From positions 1,290,001 through 1,322,000 of the forward strand of contig NZ_LT906458.1 of the NCBI RefSeq assembly GCF_900187275.1: a DNA stretch of 32,000 bases, written 5' to 3'. Both the position numbers and the translations under genes were made by a program. Of the stretch, positions 16,004 to 23,931 are shown piece after piece. Within the stretch, counting starts at the first letter, position 1; each line of letters begins with the position of its first letter. This DNA comes from Pasteurella multocida. GTDB lineage: Bacteria > Pseudomonadota > Gammaproteobacteria > Enterobacterales > Pasteurellaceae. The notes under the pieces were generated by a model, which was not told where the DNA came from, ran no database searches, and saw only the letters and a program-made list of their open reading frames with translations.

Positions 16004-17725
16004 TTAAAAAGAAAGTGATCCTGAGAAATAATAAATCGGTTTTTGACGATGTTGCGTAACACCACTCACACCATTCATTGGTTGTGCATAGGTTAATGAT
16101 AATGAAAATAACTTTATTTGCGTTTTCAAGCCTAGGGCAAAACCGACTAAAGTGGTTGTTTTATGCTTTGATTTAATATGTACTTTACCCATATCAAATC
16201 CAATAAAAGGGGATACCTGAGATAAATATGCTTTTTGTGGATAAAAAGGAACCGTCAGTGTTTGTGATAAATACGCACCACTATCACCAGAAACCGCACC
16301 ACCTTTAAATCCTCTTACTGTATATTCATCACCAATTGAAAATTGATTTTCAGAATACAAACTATCAAAACCATATTGGGCACCAATACGTAATTGATAA
16401 TTCATCGCACGTTCAAACAGGGATATTGGACGCTGCCAATTAATACTTCCTGACAATAATTTTAAGGTTTTTTCACGATTTGCATCATATGCTGAATAAT
16501 TCGCCCCAAACCATCTCAACCCATTCGCGTAAGCAATGTCGCTGTAAAGCTTCCCGTAAGCAAAATTAGTCATGTAAGATAACCCTACGCTCACTTTATT
16601 ATTGTGATATTTCCCAATCAAAATATCAGAAAAATAACTAATCCGTTTTTTAAACTCGAACTCGGTATATGTAGATAAAATACTCTCCTTATTACGCAAT
16701 AACACATGCATCAGCTTGACAGCTAAGCTTTGGGTTTTCCCATGAGAAGAATGAGTATTTATACCGCGAAGTTCTTTTTCATACGTAGATTCCGATGCTT
16801 TAATTTCTACTGTAGAAAAGCCTATAGGCTGACTGTAAGACAAAGTATAATTGCGTTGCTGGTTAGCATGATGATTTTTATATAAACGGTAACTACTCGA
16901 GAAACTCCAACGATCATTCGTGCCTAATAGATCACTCCAAGCAATATTCAATGTAGCTTGATTACGCCCATTGGCATTATTGCCAGCACCTGAATTATTG
17001 AATCCGACACTCACTTGCGGAAAAACATCATATTGTCTTTCAATATTTAGATTTGAGCTGCCTTTTTCTTCACTTGCAACCACATTCACTGTGGCTTTTT
17101 TATTCGTAGTATTTAAGATTTCGATCAACTGGTCAATGTCGTGAATACTTAAGCGATTTCCGATTAAATTGGGTAGGACTGATAACATTGTTTTATCTCT
17201 AAAACGGGTTGGTTTCTCCCCATTCACAAACAGATCGCGAGTTCTTCCCCACAGTACAATAAATTCAAGATCGCCATTGCTGATTTTTGAATTTTTTAAA
17301 CCAATTGCACTTGTCACGTAGCCAGAACGGTATAAAACTTCCGTCAAATCTTTCACTAATTGAAAAACAACTTTTGTTGATAGGGGCTGGTTTTGGTAAG
17401 CATGAATGATATCGCCAAAATTTAGAGATACCTTTTCACCCGCAAGGTCGACCGATATGCTGGTGATTTTATGTTTACTCGTGGATTCGGAATCAGGAAA
17501 AGAGAATGTTTTTTCTGTACTCGATTGTTGATCTTCTAAAAATTGCTGCGCTTTTTTGAGGTTTTCATTTACATTTTCAAACTGTTGCTTATTTTTTAAA
17601 TGCAGTAATTCTTGAGTGAGCGGATTTGCTTCCTGACTATAGGCAAGCGTTGATTGGCATAAAAGAAAAGTAGCAGAAGAACATAATAATAATTTCCCTA
17701 ATCTTTTAATTTGATATTTTTCCAT
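16004..17725 (-). CDS. lspB: TpsB outer-membrane transporter (ShlB/FhaC/HecB/LspB family), apparently intact
   Basis: 573 aa. Signal peptide [36 protein letters not shown]-region homology, the loop-6 type motif GDEYTVRGF, and a beta-barrel ending in ...YYFSGSLSF (terminal Phe). GGAGA lies 5 nt upstream of the ATG. The gene sits immediately upstream of its TpsA (29-bp gap). Confidence 0.92.
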   Translation of the reverse strand: MEKYQIKRLGKLLLCSSATFLLCQSTLAYSQEANPLTQELLHLKNKQQFENVNENLKKAQQFLEDQQSSTEKTFSFPDSESTSKHKITSISVDLAGEKVSLNFGDIIHAYQNQPLSTKVVFQLVKDLTEVLYRSGYVTSAIGLKNSKISNGDLEFIVLWGRTRDLFVNGEKPTRFRDKTMLSVLPNLIGNRLSIHDIDQLIEILNTTNKKATVNVVASEEKGSSNLNIERQYDVFPQVSVGFNNSGAGNNANGRNQATLNIAWSDLLGTNDRWSFSSSYRLYKNHHANQQRNYTLSYSQPIGFSTVEIKASESTYEKELRGINTHSSHGKTQSLAVKLMHVLLRNKESILSTYTEFEFKKRISYFSDILIGKYHNNKVSVGLSYMTNFAYGKLYSDIAYANGLRWFGANYSAYDANREKTLKLLSGSINWQRPISLFERAMNYQLRIGAQYGFDSLYSENQFSIGDEYTVRGFKGGAVSGDSGAYLSQTLTVPFYPQKAYLSQVSPFIGFDMGKVHIKSKHKTTTLVGFALGLKTQIKLFSLSLTYAQPMNGVSGVTQHRQKPIYYFSGSLSF

Positions 17726-17754
17726 AAAATCTCCATACTTATTGAGGGATGGAA

Positions 17755-17802
17755 ATTCTACTACAAAAAAATAAAAATTATTAACAAATCTAGCTATACC
17801 AG
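17755..17802 (-). promoter_or_regulatory. Candidate promoter/operator block conserved upstream of both TpsB genes
   Basis: The ~45-bp block CTACTACAAAAAAATMAAAATTATTAAYMAATCTRGYTRTACCAG (+ strand) occurs at 17758-17802 and 28366-28410. A TAGAAT -10-like hexamer (- strand, 17755-17760) lies ~30 nt before the ATG. I found no clean -35 at canonical spacing. Confidence 0.3.
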
Positions 17803-18453
17803 CGATTTAATAATAAACAAAAAGAAAAAATATTTTCAATCTAAATAAATAATAAACCAATTTAGATTATATTAATAGCAAACAAAATACACATAAAAAG
17901 ACAACACTTCAATATATTAATAAATAAAAACACAATGTTCTAACATAAATCAAAATAGACAAACCACTTAACAATAGAACATAGAACAATCTCACTCAAA
18001 CAACGATTATAGCGTCATATCTAACTTTTCAAGTTGCACAAAAAAAATAACCATCATAAAAAACAGATATTTAAAACACTATTTTTCATTGTCACAATAT
18101 TTATTGCAATAAATAATAGTCATTATTTAAACAATTAACCAAAAAATGATAGATAGCATTATACATAAGATAAGAAAACGATAATTTATTAGCAATAGAA
18201 TATAAATAATCCATTCCCCATAATAATATAGTAAAACAATCATTAAAATTAGCATTAAATATTATTATGAACGGGATATACTTTGTTCGAGAATGTAACC
18301 TATGCGTTTTTATGGACGCCGAATCAAAAAAGGTGGAATCTCCTATCAAGCTGATTGTGTAGCAAAAGAGGCTAACGAGTTATCTCCTCGGTATAAATCC
18401 ATAGAAAAAGATGATCGTATTCAATCCACTAATGATGAAGAGTCTATTACTTT

Positions 18454-18564
18454 ATGAAACGTTTATTTGATAATAAAGTGCATCTTAAACTGTGGGTAAA
18501 AGTTAAATCAAGTTGGGCGGATGATGAACGCGCCTTACGTAGCTTAGGTTATATGGACGAATAA
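18454..18564 (+). pseudogene. era: Relic copy of the last 111 bp of era (36 codons plus stop)
   Basis: Aligns without gaps to 3122-3232 with 11 mismatches by hand (~90%). It translates [36 protein letters not shown], versus [36 protein letters not shown] in era. Similarity stops abruptly upstream of 18454. Confidence 0.9.
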
Positions 18565-18584
18565 CTAAGTTTCCGACCTTGTGT

Positions 18585-18611
18585 AAAAGAGTGGTAAAGC
18601 CACTCTTTTTT
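18585..18611 (+). terminator. Rho-independent terminator following the era relic (probably the ancestral era terminator)
   Basis: AAAAGAGTGG (18585-18594) pairs perfectly with CCACTCTTTT (18600-18609) around a 5-nt loop, followed by a T-run. Confidence 0.75.
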
Positions 18612-18681
18612 ATTGTTTCTACACGATAAAAAAACCGCGAATGCCTTTGCACTCACGGTATATATTACAAATTGAAGTGAT

Positions 18682-18724
18682 AAGTGCGGTCAAAATCAAA
18701 ATTTTTTCTGATTTAACCGCACTT
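18682..18724. repeat. Inverted pair of uptake signal sequences (AAGTGCGGT ... ACCGCACTT) with a 25-nt spacer
   Basis: Exact 9-mers at 18682-18690 and 18716-18724, 9 nt downstream of the pfhB1-like stop codon. Inverted USS pairs commonly act as terminator-like hairpins in Pasteurellaceae. Confidence 0.85.
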
Positions 18725-18732
18725 TAGCGCAC

Positions 18733-21700
18733 TTACTTGGTTTCTGCGTGATAATTCACTACATTAAAGAAGCGTTTACCTTCTTTTTTACCCGCATAAC
18801 CACTCTTCTCCCAAAATGCTTCTTTGAGCCAACTTTCAAATTTTTGATGGCTTGGGAACGTCATTTCGCCGAAGTTTGGATCGAAAAATACGACTTTTTC
18901 GCCTTGAACAAGCGCCGACACAGTATGTGAACCGCCTTCAAGATTAATCGAGATTTTCTTCGCGCCAGCAGTATCGCTACCCGTATCTAAAATCGCTTTG
19001 GTCAATGCGGAAATATCACTTTTCGATACCGTACCCGCCACTTCATCACGACGGCTCAAATCGCCGACTTTTTTCTCTTTCGGTACTACGCCTTGCTCTT
19101 GTAACCAATTATCAGTCAATTTGAATTGCTGCGTCGCACTGCCACTTTGCATAAACTCTGTTTGCAGTTTCTTAATCGAGTCAATCGCCTCTTGCTTCAA
19201 GTGACCTTTCTTACCGCCTTCGTACATCGTATTCCAGAAGTCTTCACCTTGGCTACGGACTTTGTTCGCAATCCAGTGGGCACACGTGGATTCACACACA
19301 CCATGTTGCGTATCAACGTGTTTCACAATTTCGTTGTAAACTTCACCTTTAGATTGTGCATATTTAAAGCTGACTTCACCACCAAATTCTTCCACTGAAG
19401 AACGCACTGCATCAATTTTATGTTTCACTTTCAATGGCTGAAGTTGATCAGAGAGTTTCTGTAAAAAGCTTCTTGGTTGCTCCACTAACGCACGTTGTTG
19501 GACACGCTCTGTCACTGGTTTACTCACAATTTCTGTCTCAGTATTGACCGCACTTTCGCGCTGTTCTGCTTCCTTTTCTCCCTGTTTTACAATTAGTGTA
19601 GGAGATTCAAAAGGAATCGTTTCATACTCAGATTCAGTAGAAGAAGCTTTTACTCTTGGTTGAAGAGTCGCCCCTTCAGATGTGGATCCGCTTGCTGGTG
19701 CCTGTTGGCTTGACGAATCCGCATTAGCATCATTTCCTCCCTCTGGTTGCGTTGCTGGAATTGGTGGTAAAGGGCGTTTCGCATGAGATGTACTTTCCCC
19801 AATTTCTGCATAAATCGGATCACCAGCTATCTCTACTGCTTTTGCTTTACCTTGATTTGGTAATTCTGGTAAAGGATCTGTCGCTTGTCTCCCTCGAGGC
19901 AAGGTCACTTCGGCGTATTCAGACCCGATTTCAACCTTATTACGTTTAAAGTCTGCATTACTGTCACCAACGCGATTGTATGGATTATTCGCAATTTCCT
20001 CATACACATGGTTTTCGGCTTCGGCTTTATGACGAGCGATATCAGAATTGCTGTCGCCTAACTTACTATAAAGGTCTGGGATTTCTTCATATATATGAGT
20101 ACTGCTGTCGTCAGCGGCATCGGTTGTCGCGTTATCTTCTTTAGCTGGAGACAATTTCTCTTTCGCCTTCTTACCCAGTTCCACAATATCAAGCGTTTCA
20201 AAGCTAAAATGTGTGCTCGCATAATTATCATCACGTGTAACTTCTTTTGCGAGGCTAAGATCTTTTTCTACTTGTCCAACAATCTTACTTTGATCTGGAT
20301 TCACACCTGCTAACGTGGATTTCTGTGTCGCTGCATAATGTTTTTGTTCTGCACGTCTACCACGCAAATTCAAGGCAGAAACGCCATTTTCATTTGCACC
20401 GATTGAAACACCTGCTGACCCACCATCTTTATCATGGCGGTCATGTAGAACGGTACTGTTGACTTGCCCTTTCACATTAAAATCACGAGGTTCACCTTTA
20501 TTAACAATATAACCTGCTTGTAAATTCAGATCCTGAATTTCACCTGAGATCTGGTTAGCACGAATACCCGCTTGTTTATTTACAGTACCTCGCGTTTCCG
20601 TTTCATGGCTATAACCTAATCCTACATTACCCGTCGGTTTAACAATGGTTGAGGTTGAAAGGGAGGCGCCCACTGAAGCACTATAGTCAACACTATGCTG
20701 CGTTCTGTGTAACGTATCTTGCTTCGAAATGATGTTCGTTTTCCCTTTGACATGCAAGTCAAGCTTGTCCGCATGAATATTCGAACTTTCTAAGTTAAGA
20801 TCGCCACCAGCTTCAATTTTCAAATGTTGGGCTTGTAATAAACTGTTATTAAATGATTTTTTACGTTCATGACTAATACTTTCATTACCTTCAATGCCAA
20901 CGGATACACCTGCCGTACATCCCGCATTAATGGCACTACAGCCCGCATTTGCTCCACCATAAATTTTCATTCTAGACAGTCTTTCGTCTGATTGGCTGTC
21001 TTTCTCACCGGCTTGGATATTCACATCTTGTTTCGCTTTTAGGGTTAAATTGGTTTTTTCTGCACTCTCTACATTTTTCAGATGAATGCTGCCTTCACGC
21101 GCAGAAAGCACCAAATTCCCTCCTAACTTCGTACGAATATCGCTAGATTCGGTTAGGTGTTTTATTTCTTTCGTGCGTTCAAATGCGCCTTTCACTGATC
21201 CACCAACTAAATCCCCCGTGATCACATTCAAGACATCACTTGCCTGCTGTAACACGACCGTACCATCTTGTTTAATCCCATTCTGCGCATCAATAAACTG
21301 TTTGGCTAAATGACTTACCGCATCGGCAATCGCAGAATGAGCTTCTGCCTCTGGACCAATTTTTAATGTGGTACTTTCAATGTGACGGTCGTATTCATCT
21401 TTTTGTTTCGTCGAGGTAATGTCGCGAGCAGATAGCTCAAACCCTTGCTTCTGTGTTGGTTTTTCTTGCGCAAAAAACTCGGCACTCTTTTCTGACATTA
21501 ACGCATTGATATCAGATGCAGATAAAACTGGCGAAACGGTTTTATCTGTTTTTGCTGTTTTCGCTGTAACATTAGCATTCGTTGCTGGCGTGTCAGTCTG
21601 ACCTTTTGTGTTACTCTGCGTTGGTAAGTTGCTATTAATGTTAACACCACCAATGTCCGCATTCCCTAACACATGTAATGTGCCACTTTCAGCTTGTAAC

Positions 21701-23931
21701 TCACTATTAGTATGGGTTAACAACGTTTCCTGTGTTTTCGTATGACGAATCGCCAAACCTAACTCAGCTCCCACACCCGTGTTAGTGGTTGGTACATTGC
21801 TAGAAGCTTTGCCACCCTCTTTACTGTTGTAGTCATAACGCGCAGAACGTCCTCCTCCACTTGCATGGGCTGAACCATACAGATGTGAAGTATATTCTTC
21901 CGTTTCAAGATTAGTGACATTTTTACCCGCTTGCGTTTTATAGTCACCTTTCACAATCCCGCTTAATTGCTGAGTTTTTAGCGTACTTCCTACTTGATTC
22001 ACATCCTTTTCAACCGCCAAATGTAAACGATCGACCTCTAGGTTTGACCCCACTGACGTCGCTTTTGAACGTCGCTCTGTATAACTTTCAGCAGGTGAAA
22101 AGGTCAACGGACCCGCCTCATAAACATCATAAGATTGTTCCGTCTTATGCGCATCTTTTAAATTCAGATCACCCGTTTTGATAAAGCCAGTTTTTCCTTT
22201 CACATCTGAGGCTTGTAGCGTAATACTCGCATTCTTATCTGTTTCTAAATGCAAATGCCCCTCGCTTCTAATCTCAGCACCTTGTACATCACTACCACCA
22301 GTTTTGCTTGCATGGGAGCGCGCAAGATTTTCAATCCCTTGCTGTCCAACTAAACGTGTTTCTGTACGGCTTAAGATACTGCCTTTATTTTGGATTTTGC
22401 CTTCTGCTTCAATCTTCACGCGGTCACCTGCTAACGTACCACTGTTACTCACATGACCCGCCTTAATCTCAACATCACGAGCATGAATCACGGCATGACC
22501 GCGTCCTTGTGATTTTTGCGCTTCAGCTAAGGTTGATTGTGCAAGATAGACTTGTGGCACAAAGACGTCTTTACCTTTTACCTGCGTTTTGACATACCAT
22601 ACAATATCTTGTTTTAATTTTGCTTGTTGTTCTTGGGTTAAGCTTTCCCCTATTTTCAAACCAAGATCTTTCGCTTCAACAGAAGAGTTGTCGATCAATC
22701 TTTTGACTAAATCGACATTGCTTAGGTTATATTTTTTCGCCAGCTGATTATCAACTTTTTTCTCAATACTGCGCGTAATCAATTGGTGATCAAAATAGTT
22801 ATCCCCTAAGACATTGACTTTCTGCTCTGTTTGACTATCAGATGCCACTTGGTTAAAAAAGTAGTCAGCACCTTTATAATCATCTTGGTTAATGTATTTC
22901 AATTGCGTACGATAAAGCGGATCAGTTTGTACTTTAGGGCGCGCTTCATCTACCGCTTTAAACAAGCTTTGTTTCGCGATTTCTGTCGCTTTTTTTGCTT
23001 CTTCCTCTAAAACTTTCAGTTCTTCTTTGAGTTGTTGCTCCGCTATTTCCTCGGCTTTCTGCTTTTCTGCTTTTTCACGTTGTGCTTTTTCCTCTGCGGC
23101 ACGTTTTGCCTCTTCAGCCTGTTGTGCCTGTCTAGCAATTTCCGCTTGACGTGCCTCTTCCATTTCACGGGCTAATGCTTCTTGCTGAGCACGCTCCAAC
23201 GTTTCTTGCGCTTTCGCAACACCGTCTTCTTCTTGACGTTTTTCCTCTTCTTTGAATTTTTCAGTACGTTCTTTTTGTGCCTTCTCTTTATTTAAACGTG
23301 CTTTTTCTAATAATTCTTGACGCTTGCGATCTTCGGCTAAACGCTTTTCTTCAAACAAGTGGTGTAATCGCTCTTGCAACGCTCTTGGTAAACTCTCAAA
23401 ACGTTGATTATTTAAACGTCTTTCCTCATAAAATGCTTCTTCATCAATGTATTGCTCCTCATTCAGTTCTTTCAAATAACTGTTCAGTAAACGACCATTT
23501 TTCGCGATTTCATCAGGATCAAGATAGTTAGGTTGCTCGCCCTCAATGATCTTTAATTCATCTTCATCAATTTCTCTTGTTTTCTTGTCTAACTGTACAC
23601 TGTTATCAATAAATAAATTAGGTATATCAAGAAGCTCTGATAAAGCCGATAAATCAACGCCTGTATCATTAATTTCTTTATCTGCGACTTCAGGGATAAA
23701 CTCACTTTGTGGCAAAGTTAAAGTATGCTTACCGATCTGCAATTGACCATCAAATCCGCCTTGAATAGAACGCTCGCCATTTTGTAAGCTGTTTGTTTTG
23801 AGTGCTAAGCTGCCCGCCAAAATTTTGGCTTTTTGCTCAGGGTAATACACAAAACTGGTCGGATTTTGTTTAAAGGCTTTCCAACGTTGTGTCATTTTGT
23901 TCATGAGAAAGTTGATGCCAGTTTTCCCCAA
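18733..23931 (-). CDS. TpsA (locus 2) C-terminal fragment, 1732 aa: charged segment, beta-helix shaft, Tyr-motif linker and terminal YopT-like domain
   Basis: Colinear with fragments B and C of the large paralog up to ...GKRFFNVVNY, then ends after 5 more residues (HAETK*). Confidence 0.9.
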   Translation of the reverse strand: MGKTGINFLMNKMTQRWKAFKQNPTSFVYYPEQKAKILAGSLALKTNSLQNGERSIQGGFDGQLQIGKHTLTLPQSEFIPEVADKEINDTGVDLSALSELLDIPNLFIDNSVQLDKKTREIDEDELKIIEGEQPNYLDPDEIAKNGRLLNSYLKELNEEQYIDEEAFYEERRLNNQRFESLPRALQERLHHLFEEKRLAEDRKRQELLEKARLNKEKAQKERTEKFKEEEKRQEEDGVAKAQETLERAQQEALAREMEEARQAEIARQAQQAEEAKRAAEEKAQREKAEKQKAEEIAEQQLKEELKVLEEEAKKATEIAKQSLFKAVDEARPKVQTDPLYRTQLKYINQDDYKGADYFFNQVASDSQTEQKVNVLGDNYFDHQLITRSIEKKVDNQLAKKYNLSNVDLVKRLIDNSSVEAKDLGLKIGESLTQEQQAKLKQDIVWYVKTQVKGKDVFVPQVYLAQSTLAEAQKSQGRGHAVIHARDVEIKAGHVSNSGTLAGDRVKIEAEGKIQNKGSILSRTETRLVGQQGIENLARSHASKTGGSDVQGAEIRSEGHLHLETDKNASITLQASDVKGKTGFIKTGDLNLKDAHKTEQSYDVYEAGPLTFSPAESYTERRSKATSVGSNLEVDRLHLAVEKDVNQVGSTLKTQQLSGIVKGDYKTQAGKNVTNLETEEYTSHLYGSAHASGGGRSARYDYNSKEGGKASSNVPTTNTGVGAELGLAIRHTKTQETLLTHTNSELQAESGTLHVLGNADIGGVNINSNLPTQSNTKGQTDTPATNANVTAKTAKTDKTVSPVLSASDINALMSEKSAEFFAQEKPTQKQGFELSARDITSTKQKDEYDRHIESTTLKIGPEAEAHSAIADAVSHLAKQFIDAQNGIKQDGTVVLQQASDVLNVITGDLVGGSVKGAFERTKEIKHLTESSDIRTKLGGNLVLSAREGSIHLKNVESAEKTNLTLKAKQDVNIQAGEKDSQSDERLSRMKIYGGANAGCSAINAGCTAGVSVGIEGNESISHERKKSFNNSLLQAQHLKIEAGGDLNLESSNIHADKLDLHVKGKTNIISKQDTLHRTQHSVDYSASVGASLSTSTIVKPTGNVGLGYSHETETRGTVNKQAGIRANQISGEIQDLNLQAGYIVNKGEPRDFNVKGQVNSTVLHDRHDKDGGSAGVSIGANENGVSALNLRGRRAEQKHYAATQKSTLAGVNPDQSKIVGQVEKDLSLAKEVTRDDNYASTHFSFETLDIVELGKKAKEKLSPAKEDNATTDAADDSSTHIYEEIPDLYSKLGDSNSDIARHKAEAENHVYEEIANNPYNRVGDSNADFKRNKVEIGSEYAEVTLPRGRQATDPLPELPNQGKAKAVEIAGDPIYAEIGESTSHAKRPLPPIPATQPEGGNDANADSSSQQAPASGSTSEGATLQPRVKASSTESEYETIPFESPTLIVKQGEKEAEQRESAVNTETEIVSKPVTERVQQRALVEQPRSFLQKLSDQLQPLKVKHKIDAVRSSVEEFGGEVSFKYAQSKGEVYNEIVKHVDTQHGVCESTCAHWIANKVRSQGEDFWNTMYEGGKKGHLKQEAIDSIKKLQTEFMQSGSATQQFKLTDNWLQEQGVVPKEKKVGDLSRRDEVAGTVSKSDISALTKAILDTGSDTAGAKKISINLEGGSHTVSALVQGEKVVFFDPNFGEMTFPSHQKFESWLKEAFWEKSGYAGKKEGKRFFNVVNYHAETK
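18748..19518 (-). other. YopT-like (C58) cysteine protease domain, C-terminal in this paralog
   Basis: Same GVCESTCAHW / EGGSHTVS / VFFDPNFG motifs. About 91% aa identity to the copy at 6511-7281 over the C-to-NY stretch (17 differences in 181 aa, hand count). Confidence 0.8.
19519..20112 (-). other. Tyr-motif / proline-motif linker of the smaller TpsA (~198 aa, 7 Yxx[VIL] motifs)
   Basis: HIYEEIPDLYSKL, HVYEEIANNPYNRV, SEYAEV, DPLPELPNQGKAK, DPIYAEI, KRPLPPIPA and SEYETIPF. Confidence 0.8.
19547..19555 (-). repeat. Hin-type uptake signal sequence core
   Basis: Exact ACCGCACTT inside the pfhB1-like gene. Confidence 0.85.
22969..23376 (-). other. E/K/R/A/Q-rich charged segment (~135 aa), candidate single alpha-helix or coiled coil
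   Basis: QERLHHLFEEKRLAEDRKRQELLEKARLNKEKAQKERTEKFKEEEKRQEE...AEEAKRAAEEKAQREKAEKQKAEEIAEQQLKEELKVLEEEAKKATEIAKQ. Confidence 0.6.

Noticed and set aside
3691-17725. Contact-dependent growth inhibition (cdiB-cdiA-cdiI) interpretation of the TpsB/TpsA pairs
   Set aside because: I see no VENN or related pre-toxin junction. No small immunity-type ORF follows either TpsA: 3233-3690 and 18565-18732 have no ORF of 60 aa or more. The C-terminal modules (YopT-like protease, SH2/SH3-type motifs) point to eukaryotic rather than bacterial targets.
18101-18349. 82-aa - strand ORF in the A-rich intergenic tract
   Set aside because: It sits in a very AT-rich tract and gives an Ile/Asn/Phe/Tyr-rich translation. 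It has no RBS or recognisable motif and is most likely a chance ORF.
18302-18456. 50-codon + strand ORF (MRFYGRRIKKGGISYQADCVAKEANELSPRYK...) abutting the era relic; possible remnant of an integrase N-terminal arm-binding domain
   Set aside because: The resemblance to integrase N-termini (..RKRGKSWQA..) is weak and very short. There is no downstream catalytic domain. It ends at the relic junction in a different frame. This is not enough evidence to call a mobile-element gene, though it is worth a BLASTX.
23895-23898. Programmed frameshifting or phase variation at the A4 run, and at the AATAAAATCAA context near 11505
   Set aside because: The runs are only 4 nt long, there is no slippery heptamer plus downstream structure, and I see no tetranucleotide or long homopolymer repeats. 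A simple mutation or sequencing error is more parsimonious.
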